Of a DNA stretch of 64,000 nucleotides, positions 25,801 to 38,478 are shown piece after piece (the first letter of the stretch is position 1; each line of letters starts with the position of its first letter). The notes under the pieces are model-generated. The model saw nothing but the letters and a program-made list of their open reading frames with translations. It searched no databases and was not told the DNA's origin. The position numbers and the translations under genes are program-made. Origin of the DNA: Eledone cirrhosa (Eukaryota); the NCBI GenBank assembly GCA_964016885.1, contig OZ024741.1, forward strand, positions 318,928,001 to 318,992,000. The letters are read 5' to 3'.

Positions 25801-28800
25801 CCTTAGCTTGCTGGACTGCTTTCAACTTCCTTCTTGTCCTCACATGAACTCCTGTACCAGCCATTTTCGAGTCCCTCAATCTGGTGTTGGAGGTATGTTC
25901 TCATACCTCTCACGCCATGAACTCCTCTCTGATAGACCTGAATGGAAGTCTGAGCTTGTTGCTGCTCCCATACAGTCCAGTGCTGCTGAAACTGAGATGC
26001 AAGCCCAGCTATCTACAAAGATACTACTCACCTTAAGCTCAAAACCTTTCACAACATAGATCAGTAGTGGACAAAGAATTCTCGGGAGTTCCCATTCTGA
26101 TAAATACCAGCCTTGAGTCTTCCTGGAAACCCAAACCTGTCCACAGCTCTTAACCAACTCACCACCATGGCAGAAATTGCTTTGATGGAGTCTGTATCTA
26201 TCAGATTGCAGTTGAAGACCTTCTCCCGACTCCTCACTGACTTTTCTGTGACAAACAGGTTTAGATCTTCTTCCACCTTGAAACAGAACTTAAAAGTCAT
26301 CTCTCTTTAAAACCCAAAACTGGGACTTTGCAGGTTTGAAACATGTGCCCACAATTAAGTTTCTCTAATCCTTGAAGAATGTACTAGGTTCCTATTATCA
26401 GTGTGGGGTCTTTTATGAAGGCTCTGATTGGTGGTTGCTTTACACCTGATTTGTTGAGTTCCTGGCACTCTTTCTCTGCTGATTTGACCAAGATGTTCAT
26501 AGCTAGCATGAAGAGAGTCACTGGTGCCAATCAGGTGTCTGCTGGCCCAAGGTGACACAACTGAACTTTCTGTAGTAGTCTAAGAAGAGATTTCTCCTTC
26601 TGTGGTACCTAATGTCATCCAATGCAAGATTAACTTCTGCTGTTGGCTCTGGTGGTATTATCAGTGTATCACAGACACCCAGTGGTCTTTCATATTACAA
26701 CTTATTTTACTTGTGAGGTAGTCATATTTTGTAGTGTAGAAACTATATCAAAATTAGAACATAAGTAAGACCTGGCACCCAGCTTGCCTAGGAGGATAGT
26801 AGCTCCTATTAAGTACTGTAACAACCCATCCAACCATGTCAGCATCGAAAAACAGATTCTAAATTATGATGACCATTCCTTCATAATCAAAAATAATATG
26901 AATTGCACCATAACTCAAGAGCTTCCTAAGATATTTTTAGGTGCAAAGCCCATGATCTTTCATGACTGAAAGGGGTTGTTACCCTTTTACTATATACTCT
27001 GCTATGCACTCTGCTATGCACTATACTATGCTATATACTACACTATATACTCTGCTATACAGTATACTATGCTATACTATATACTATACTAACTTTGATG
27101 TTTTGTTTTAAATATGGGGCATGGGACAAAAATAGTTGAAGACACCCCATGTCTATAAAAGATTGAAAACACACTGCTACAGATATCCTCAGTATATAAA
27201 AGAAATATGAGACAAGAAAAAGACTGGAAGGTCATGGCTGGATATGAAAAGTGCATTCAATGAAGGTTAACTAATATTAACTGACAAGAACTAGTAGACT
27301 ACATGTAACCTTGCCATATAATCTGGTGCCAATTTCTAACAGCTAAGTAAACTCAGGATTAGTCCAATGTCCTATAAGTCACCTTATCACACTTAAAGTC
27401 CTGTACCGCATCAAACAACATTAGCAAGACATTCTTGAAAAGTACAAAACAACACTGTCTGTACCACATTAAAACTTAAAGTCTTTACTCTAATATTGCA
27501 AATTTTCACAACAAACCTGATTTTAAATATTTTCTGCTAAATCATTACAGGAAGTTAAGAGAAATAGTTAAACACTTTTTCAAAAATTACATGACCATCA
27601 CAATACACAACTCTCTCATAACTCAACTCTAAAAATAAAAGCAAGGGGCAAGATTAACAAATATATTTTCTAAACAAGATAATTACAGCCAAGAAATATC
27701 GAAGTGTTAACATTATGGAGTAAACAAAATCTTAGGCCTTTTTATGACCATATTCCAGCCTGTAAAAGTCCTGACCAAATTTACAGTTCTGTCCAAGCAA
27801 GGTACGGTGTGGCCAATCTGACCAGACTTGTCTCATGGCGTGGACAACCCATCTAACCCATGCAAGCATGGAATATGGACGTTAAACAGTGAAGAGCATT
27901 TCTAATGAAATACACTATTCCAAAATAATGAAAACTATAAAAAAATTTACTAAAATTATTAATTATTTCATTACTATGGTAGTAACTTAATATAAGGTTC
28001 TTATATAAAATTATGTTCAAACATTTTAATTTAAATGAGATCCCTTTAACTCTTTTATTAATATATTTCTAATAAAATACACTATTTCAATTAAATAATG
28101 AAGAATTTTCTAAAATTATTAAATATTTCATTACTAAGATCATAACTTAACATGTGGTTCTTATGTAAAAATATGCTAGAAGATTTTAATTTAAATTAGG
28201 AATCCTTTAACCCTTTCATGCCTGTATCTTGAATGAAATACACTATTTCAATTTATTTCATTACTAAGCTAATGGCCTCTGATTTAGGCACAAGGCTATA
28301 CTTGTGAACAGATTGTGAAAATCTGCAGTATTAGAGTAAGGACACCGTTATAGTGCTGTTTTCTACATTTCAAAAAGTCTTGCTAATATGGTTTCATTAG
28401 TTTATATTTGACTGGAAAATTGTCAGTTATGAGGCAGAAAAATGAGTTTGATATTAACTTTATTTTTCTACTCTATCAAGGAAAGTAGTAAAGTTGTTAG
28501 AACATCGGATGTAATGCTTTGTGGTTTTCATTCTGGCTCTGAGCACTCTGAGTTCAAAACTTTTCAAGATCAATAAATAAAAGTACTAGTCCAATATTGG
28601 CGCAGATATTTCCTCTATATCTCTTTCTTACTCACAACCGCCAACTCTTTCACCTTCTCTGGAAAAAAGTTGGCTGTGTTCCAGCCTAGAGACGGATGGG
28701 CTCCGCAAGGTTTCAATATCATGATGGTACCCTTACAAACTTCCTCGGAAGTTAAGGAACCATGGCAAGTTTATCAAAGACAGTGGAATATCAAAAATGA

Positions 28801-31800
28801 TAAATTACTAGACTATACATCTTACATTATATATTTACATCAGCCTCCATACCTGGTACATATTTTTATCAACAGGGTTAATAAAATGAACTACAAGGCA
28901 CAAAGGCAGATTAACCATATGGATATTTGGACAATTCCAAAGGGCCACTGGACGGTGAAAAAGACAACAGCTGAAAAACCTCAATCAATAGTCACTGCAA
29001 AAAGATTGAAATGACAATAAAGCACACCTTAGCTGAGCAGTAAAAACACAGCTCTGACCTACAATCGTCTGTTGGTCAGTGTCAGATTAGCTCAGCAGTG
29101 CAAACACAGTTCTGGCCCTCAGCAACCTGTCAATCAGGGTCACTTTAGTTGAGTGGAAAAAACACACCTCAGCAATCTGCCAATAAAGGTCACCTTAGTA
29201 GAGCACAGAAAATGCATCTCTCTCCCTCAGTTATCTGTTAGTGATGCCATTGTAAAGCAGTAAAAACACACCTTTGGCCCTCAGCAATCTGTTAGTCAGT
29301 ATCACATTTGTTGAGCAAGGAAAACACACCCCTGGCCCTCAGTTGTCTGTTAGTCAGTGTCAACTTACCTGAGCAGTGAAAATACACCTCTGGCCCTCAG
29401 CAGTCTGTGCCACCTTAGTTGAGCAGGGAAAACACACCCCTTGTCCTCAGCAGTCTGTTAGTTAATGTCACCATAGCTGAGCAGGAAAACATACCTGTGA
29501 TCCTCAGCAATCTGTCAGTGTCATCATAGCTGAGCAAGGAAAACACACTTCTGGTTCTTAGCAATCTGTTAGTCAGCGTCACCATAATTGCACCATGAAA
29601 ACACACCCTTGGCTCTCAGCTGCCTGTTAGTCAGTGTCACCTTAGTTGAGCAAAGAAAACACCCCTCTAGCTTTCAGTAGTCTGTCAATGTCACCTTAGC
29701 TACAATCCACATTACAGTATCAACTGATCTGAGATCAATGATTGATTAAGTTTTATTGACATCTGAAGAAAGCATAGACATCCACAAAGACAGATAACCT
29801 ACGAGAACTAAATATATCATTCCTTTTATTTAGAACCATATGAGGATATAAGCTATGTATTCTAAGCTAAAGGCTCTTCAGTTATACAGTGCCTCATTGT
29901 CTACTATTATTGTATCTAGCTGGACAGGAATACTGGAATATATAGATAGAATGGACTACTACCATATTCATTTCAGCAGTTGTGGTTTTTAACAATTTGA
30001 ATACCAACCCACCCATTTTAAAAGGTTGCTACTGAAATTAAGATCTGCCAATATAATTATAGATAAGAACCTTTTGTTGCATTACATATAAAATTGTAAT
30101 ATTGAAATAGTATTAGTAAATCCCTTAAAATTCTATATTAGTTCAGATATAGTGTATTTCATTAGAAATACAGTAAGGAAAGGGTTAATATGAACTTCAA
30201 CTTTGGATATCAAACCACCCTAAACAAACTCTAGTTCTACAAAACAAAACCACCCATTTTAAAGGGTTCCTATTTAAATTAAAAACTTTTCAACATATTT
30301 TGTTATAAGGACTTTTTCTTATGTCACATTCACCATCTTAGAAATAAAATAACCAATAATTTTGGTAAATCCTTCCAACATTTAATTCAGATACAGTGTA
30401 TTCATTAGAAATATAGTGAGGAAAGGGTTAAAGGAGCTATGACAAGCCAGAACATGATTTACTGACACTAAACATACAAGTTAATTAAAATATCAAAGTT
30501 AAAAATATTGTTTCAGTGCTGATAAGGTACTTCTTGAATGTATTCAGACCAAAGCAAACATCCTTGGGTAAAACAAATTATGTCATTTTAGTTTAACTTT
30601 GTATGAGAAACCTGTTTTGAATAAAGCCTTTTGCCAGAGTGAGAAGGTTTTTTTGTTTTTTAAAAGGCTTATATTGTCGGTGCTGACAAAGTCACAAACA
30701 ATTCTATTTCACTCTCAGATAAAGGGTATTTCTCAGATCAGAATTCTCAGTCACCTACAAACTTATGCAATTTTCTGAACTTCGCTATACACTGCAGACC
30801 ACTACTAGCTTCTTTTGGCTCTGGTTTTTATTGGGCTATTTTATGAAAATTTACATTTTTAACACAGTAATCCTTTCGTAACTCGGCAAGATCGGCCCAA
30901 ATTTTGTTAATGGCAAAGTCAGTTGAGAACAGCGAGAGCAAAATGTATATTGTAAATACATTTTTGATGAGACTCATTAAGAGCAGGATTTATATAGTTT
31001 AGAAGAGTTACTATTATTTAGTAGCTTTAACAAAGCTGCTAGCAGCTAAAATCTTTAAAGGACTAAGTAACTGACCAACAAAAGTTACAATAAGAACAGT
31101 AACCATTAAGAGAACGCGACGCTGCTAGCAGATGTGGACTTGAATGGGTTAACTATTTCTGAAACAATATTATAAACATTACTTACAGGTGTTTTTTTGA
31201 CAGATCTTGGCCGAGAACGGAAATTGTTTTCTTCCTCTTGAAGTTTCTTTGCTAATTGTTCATCGTCTAACTGGATTAAGAACAAACATCAACACAAGGC
31301 TGTTAAATTAGTATGAAATGGATGAATTGATTAATGTCAAACACTGACTTCTGGTGTTGAAAGAGATTGCTAAATGTTAGCTCTTATGTAGAGAACAGAA
31401 TATCATTTCATTTCCTTCTCATAAATGAGCTGCCATCTTCAGTTTTCCACAAATTTGATGCAATACAGGATCAATATATGTGCTTAGATTATGTTATGTC
31501 CTGCATGAGCTTTTTAAGTATCAGGAGGCCTCAGTTTAATAGGTGACAGGAGGCTTTCAAATATCTGGATGTTTAGGCTAACATAGGCTGCATGGCATGA
31601 GTTTTTCAAATATTTAGATGTCTAAGTTTACATATTAGGCCACATGGCATGAGCTTTTCAAATATTTAAAAGTCTAGGTTTAACAAAGTAGGGCTAGAAG
31701 GCTTTACTGATACATGTACTAGAATTTCTCCTGACTTGTGGGTTAATAACGATTTCTGATATAAATATAAAGCATAGGAGCTAAAAAAAAAAATTAAGTA

Positions 31801-34274
31801 ATCATTAAATTGCTGCAAATGTTGAGTTACCAGAATAAAAAAAAGGGTCATAGATGAAATTCAGCAAAAGCTAAAACTATGGCATTATAACATGCCATGG
31901 TTTTAGGATTTCTATGGAGGGGGCAGGGAAACGGGAACTTGTAAGAGTAATAGAAACATAAATAAAATATCTCTAACAGGACAATTAAATAGACTAAATT
32001 TAATGTGAATTAACTAACATATAATCTGGATGAGAAATGAACCAATGAAGAAGCCTCTACATGGTTGCTCAACCAGCTAGAAATAACACTTAAATTTCCC
32101 TCAAATTACACCTTAAGCACGCATTGGACGTAGTTTTAGATATACTATGATTGAAAAGAAGAGTGGATGGTCATGACTGGAATGGCACTGATTATACATC
32201 TGTTCAATCAGGGTGAAGCTGGAGCTAAACAACAACAAACCAAACGTTTTTCTTTTCCCTTTGTAAAGAACATTTACTGAATGTCAAGTCATTTTAATGA
32301 TAATGTATTGCTACAAAGCCACAAGGGTAGTCGAGCTACAGAATCAGTAGAGCATTGGACAAAGGCTTTGCAGTATTTGTTTAGTCTCTTTACAAATCTC
32401 GCGGTGAGGTCAACGTTGCCTTTCATCCTTCCAGAGATGATAAAATAAGTATCTGTCTAGTACTGGAGTCAATTCTTGTTCTATATCTCTCTTACTTTTT
32501 TTTTCTAGAAGAACCCAGCTGTGCCAGGCTTAAAATGCCGAAGACACACCATATATCACGGTGGGGCCCCTATAACTCCTAAGGAGTAATAGCAGTTCTT
32601 AGGTCAGTTTACACTTACATCCCTGAACATTTTACTATAGAACCAAGAATTCCATGAAGCAAACACCTATTAAAGTAGGAACACCTCAGTCAAAGCTAAA
32701 TTTTGAGTAATCTAATCATATAAACTACACTACAAACGTCCTGATATTCGGATACTAAAATAACAGCTGACAGACATACAGAAAGTTGATGTAGAACGTG
32801 TGTGGTCTAGTGGTCAAGGTGCTGGATTCATGATCATACGGTCATAGATTCAATTCTTGTAATGAGTGACATATGTTCTTGAGCAAGATGCTTCGTTTCA
32901 TGTTGCTTTTCATGATAGGACTGGGGCCCTTTCAGTAAAACACCCAAGAAACCTCTTATGAGATACAACCCTATAGGAGGCAAGCTAAATCTGCATAAGT
33001 GTGCTGTAAGTTTCATTTCATTTCTTCTTCAATCCCAACGCTGCCAATGTAAACTGAAAAATGGTCTCTGAAGTACCATTAAGAAACTAATGAAAACTGA
33101 GAAGAAAAAAATCGTGCTTTACAAAAATATCATTTAACTTACTTCAGATTCCTTCTTTTTAGCACCGTGATGAGCTTTTTTTGTCTGTTTCACTGGTTTC
33201 TTACTCTGAAAGCCAAACAAGTATTTAATCTTAGAAACAAGAACAGAGAAAAACAAAACTGATCAACCCTTTCTTGACTATATTTCTAATGACATACACT
33301 CTATTTCAATTAATTAATTAATTTTTTGTGGAATTTACTGAAGCTATTAATTATTTTATTACTAACAGTAACTTAACTGAGAGCTCTGATATAAAATCAG
33401 GTTGGAAGATTTTAATTTAAATAGGAACCCTTTAACCAGCCATATCCGGCCAAAATCCTCTCACCTCTTTCTGTTCAAACCGGCTGTAACCAGCCACTCA
33501 TACTTATGATAAGGTATTTTTCTCAAAATAAATAATATCAAAATCTTATAGGTCTGATATTATGTGAGATAAAGAGTTTACCATTAAAGTACAATAGTAA
33601 ATATATAGTAATGTAAATGCTGAAGTGTTAAAATGGGCAGTTTTTGTATGATAGAACCAGTGTCATTTATGGCTGGCTTGATATCAACAGGGTTAATTAA
33701 TTAACTGGAGCAAAATATTTCTCTCTTCAGTAGATATTGGAAATAAATCAACAATGTCATTCAAAGAAAATAATTCCATAAAAACAAAACCAATATTTGA
33801 AGTATTCCATTTTATGCTAACCAGATGATAAATTTCACTTATCGGGAAAGGGAGAGATGGTGTAAACATTGTAAAAGTGTGTGTATCTATGTGTGTATGT
33901 ATGTATGCATAGGAACATGTATGTCTATGGGAGAGAGGTAGTGGTGATGATGGTTGTGATCTTGTATCATAATGGAAAGTGGATGGTAATAGTGTCGGAG
34001 AGAGTGGGGGAGTACGATTATGGAAAAAATATTTTTATCCTTAAATTATAAATAATGTATATATATATATATATATATACATACAGGAAAAAGTATGACC
34101 CCGACGGCAGAGCTCAAGCCGTTTCGACGGCTATTTCTTAGTCCAGAAATAGCCATCGAAACGGCTTGAGCTCTGACGTCGGGGTCACACTTTTTCTTAT
34201 TACCCCCTCTACTACCCTAAGTATTGAGTACTCTGGTGCATTATGGTCCATCTGGTTCCTTACCACATTTCCTT

Positions 34275-34311
<37 letters not shown>

Positions 34312-35766
34312 AAGGTATCAAAACATATTTAATATGAATGATGAACATATTTCTCATTAAATAAGCTCAATGGACCTTAGTTCAGAACATCAATAACTTA
34401 AATTTAAAAAATATATATTTAGAGAGAGAGTCATATATTATTTCAGAAACACCTAGTATTTTGTACATACACATACACATATATGTATGTATATATATAT
34501 ATATATATATATACAGGGTGCGGACAGTATTTGAGGACAGATTTATGGTTTTTAAAAAACGCTTATATAATAACAGAAAAAAAACTGTATTCTTATAAAA
34601 ATAACATAAACATAAAGCTAAATTATCAATTTAATAATTTCATTCAATAAAAGCACCATAAGCATCAATAACTGCCTCTACACGGGGTCAAAATCGTTTG
34701 CAAGCTCGGATTAAGTGGTCCTTGTTCATATCGGACATGACTCGAATAATGGCGGCTTTCAAAGAATCCTTTGTGTTATGGGGTGTTTATTGATATTTTT
34801 CTCAACGATGCTCCATACACAGTAATCCAGTAGATTGGGATCTGGAGAATTAGGAGTCCAAATGTTGTGGGTGATGTGATCATGCAATTGTCAGCCATCC
34901 ATTCTGGTGTCAATTGAGCCTTGTGTGATGGTGCAGAATCTTGTTGAAAGACATGAGGCCTTCCATTGTATACACTGTTGATCCAAGGCTTAACAACTTT
35001 ATCCAGAAACTCAATATATGCAGCAGCATTCACTCTAAGGCCTTGTGGAAAAAGTGAGGAGGCATCACATGTCTTTCATTGCTAACACCCAAAACCATGA
35101 CACTTGCAGGAAATGTTGTGGTACTCTTGGAACCTCAGAAAGGTCTGCATATAGCCACCTGTCATCTCTTCTGTTAGTTTTGTGGTCCTGGTTAAAGTTT
35201 TTCTCATCTGAGATAAACCAAATCATACTATCTTCTAATGGATTTTTAAGTTTGTTTAAAAGTCTTTTTGATCTTATTAAACATTTTTCTGTTGTTTTTT
35301 TCTGACATGAATTGACCTCTCCTCATCACGTAAGATCTGATGTCTTCATGCACAACATTTCTGATTGTTATTTCTAACACACCAACATTTTTCGCAATTG
35401 ACCTCATTGATTTTTCTGGATTGTCATCAATGTTTTGCTTAACTTCCTGAATAAATTCCGGTGCCCTGATAGAATCAGAGCATTTGGAATGTTTTTTTAC
35501 GTTTTGATACAGGTAGTATGCTTCCATCTTCTTTCTCTAACTCACACCGAATCTTGTGGACAAAGGATCTTGCAACTTTCAGAAAATGAGAAATGTTTAA
35601 ATCCCCATGCTTAGCCTTCAAAGCCACAATCACAGCATACCTTTTCATTTCATTAGTAAGCATAGTTATTTTCATTATTATTTTCTGAAATGGAAGTTCA
35701 ATAAAAATTAGTCAAATAAAATAATGACTAAAAGTACATGTGTCCTCAAATACCGTCCGCACCCTG

Positions 35767-35797
<31 letters not shown>

Positions 35798-36210
35798 GGT
35801 TAACGGCTTCGAGAAAGGAGTACTTAATAGCTAAGAAGAGTTTAAAAAAAATTATTTTAGCCTTAATAATATTGAATATATATATATATTGGTCATGTAG
35901 GTGTCATGACAAAAGCGAGCGCCCAGTCGACACAGTAAAGTGGTTGTGTAGGTGTCACGATAAAAAGCACCCAGTCAACGCTGTAAAGTGGTTATGTAGG
36001 CAACACGGCAAAAAGGACCTAGCACACACTGTGAAGTGGTCTTGTAGGCAGCACAGCAAAAAGCACCTAGCACACACTGTAAATGTGGATGGCGTTAGGA
36101 AGGGCATCCTTCTGCTGTACAAACCAAGCCAAAATCAGTTCTGTGTGAGAAAATCACAGTCCCCGACCCGATCCCATCCTACCCATGCTAGCATTAAACG
36201 ATGCTAAGGA

Positions 36211-36246
<36 letters not shown>

Positions 36247-38426
36247 CTTATAAATAAAAAGACATTTAAATGTTATATTGATTTTTAATATTTGGTGGTT
36301 GTTTCTGATTAAATTGGTATTTCCACAAAGTCAGCGAGTGTGAAAATAAAGAAAGTATATTCTACTAACCTTTGATGATTGTTTAACTCGAGACTTTTTT
36401 CGTGGAGGACTTGCTGACTGGAAAAAGAAGAAAACATTAATAATTGTTTCTACATTTGGCACAAGGCCAGCAATTTGAAGAGAAAAGGAAAGTTGGTTAA
36501 ATTGACTCCAGTGCATTACTAGTACTTTATTCTATTGACCCTATAAGGGTTGACCATGGCAAGATTTGAATTCAGAACAAAGAAAGTCAAAACTATATTG
36601 TATTTTGTTCACTAATCTACCGTTTTCTTAACATTTCTCTATGTTACCGCCACACCCTAAGCCCAATCCCCATTCTTCTGTGACAATAGAGCCCTTATCT
36701 TTCCCTTCCTTTCTGTTTTTTTTTTTATATTTCCTTGAAGAATGTACTAGAAATGTGAGTAATTTCACAATTATGCATGAAGTCTTGATCCTGCAAATAA
36801 ATGAGAATGGTATGTTGTGATATTCATGCTTTTCCCAAAGTTGGTATTATGTGAAAGCATGTAGCTTAGTGGTTAGGGCGGAAAGCTTTATTTTTCTCCT
36901 TCTTCACCCACTTATTCCTGAGAGTGTTGTATGGGCAGAGTCCTCAAACACTCCTTCCAGCAGATCCTATCAGAAGCAACTGTTTTCACCTGATCTGGCT
37001 GGATCCCCCAGCAAGACCAGCCAAGTTCATGGATGTTATCCTACCATTTTGCTCAGGGTCTATCTCTAGGTCTCCTGCTGGTTGGTTTTGCCCATAAAAT
37101 CTGTCCAGTGATTCTTTCCTGAGACATTCTAACCAAACACCCATAGTATCAAAGCTGTGATCTCTCAAATGTATTAATACCCAATCCTAAATTCAGCTTC
37201 CATTCATTTTATATTTTTACTCTATTCTTTTATTTATCTTCTATTTAATTCCTCACATAAGTTTTTTTTAATTTTAATTTATCTATAGCATTTTTATCCT
37301 ATTTTTCCAGAAGCTAATAGTAGTGACCAGCTCTTTTTATTATCCTCTTAATTTCTACAAGCCAACCACTTCTCTTATATCCCTCTGCCCCTATCTTTTC
37401 CTCTTCTATTTCCACCTTTTTTCTTTACTTTTCTCAACCTCTTACTGTGCCTATCCTGCCACCCCTTTATATATACTGTCTCTCTATCTTCTGAAAAAGT
37501 AGTCTTGTCTGAGAACCATTAAGCAGATAGGAAACTCAAGAGTAACAAGACACAGACATGGTCTTAATAAAGATCATATCATATTTATATGTGCATGTAT
37601 GTGTGTATAGTAAAAAGTTAGTACCCAATGGCTGAGCTCATCCTGTTTCCACAGCGAGTAGATAACTGAATTATTTGATCATTTTCAGCCATTTCCAAAT
37701 ACTATTTCAAAGGCAGGGTCACACACACATATATAACCATGTTGCCAACAACAACCCTGAGTGCCTTTTCGATTTCCATGTGTCTAACACACGTGGACAT
37801 GCCCACAAAGTAAGAAAACAGCACAGTTCCCATGACTTTCGGAAACATTTTTTCACGCTCAGAGTTGCTGAAGCATGGAACAAACTACCTGCATCAGTTG
37901 TTAGCTGTCGAGACACTGCATCCTTTAAGGCCTCCATGCTTCCCGAGATCCGCCAACACTACAGCTAACATACAAACATGTACTTCCCTGGCATTTGTGT
38001 ATTATTCTATGTACTATATTGACGAGTTGTAGTGCACCTGAGCACTTTACACAATAATTTCATTATTATTATATATGGAAAATGAAGAATCAATGATGCA
38101 TCGAAACACAATTTATTAACGTATTACAATTGTTTCTCGGGCGAACAACTCGAGATATGATCTATTTGTGGATTGAACCTGACTCTGGATTTGCAAGTTC
38201 CTCAGATATGCTAGACGTATCTGAGGAACTTGCAAATCCAGAGTCAGGTTCGATCCAGAAACAGATCGCACCTCGAGCTGTTCGCCGGAGAAACAATTGT
38301 AATACGTTAATAAATTGTGTTTCGATGCATCATTGATTCTTCATTTTCCATATTATACTCTGCTCTGAAGGAGCATAGAGTGCTCAACCAGCATACCGCC
38401 TATGGACGCATCCAAGCAACCTTACT

Positions 38427-38478
<52 letters not shown>

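Larger units (their letters stand above)
38073..38353. repeat. 281-nt palindrome with a hammerhead motif on each strand
   Basis: ~138-nt arms from atatggaaaatgaagaatc to gattcttcattttccatat, centre near 38213. Confidence 0.93.

Noticed and set aside
28636-28658. Apparent 23-nt minus-strand exon (ttccag|AGAAGGTGA...|gtgagt)
   Set aside because: In-frame stop and wrong phase; lies beside a SINE, and the gene model is complete without it (a poison exon is not excluded but is unsupported).
29025-29702. CRISPR-like appearance of regular repeats
   Set aside because: Whole units are homologous with no unique spacers, there are no cas genes, and the context is a eukaryotic intron.
29760-29885. Facing CTGAAGA motifs on both strands
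   Set aside because: No convincing GAAA, stem III and stem I for either.
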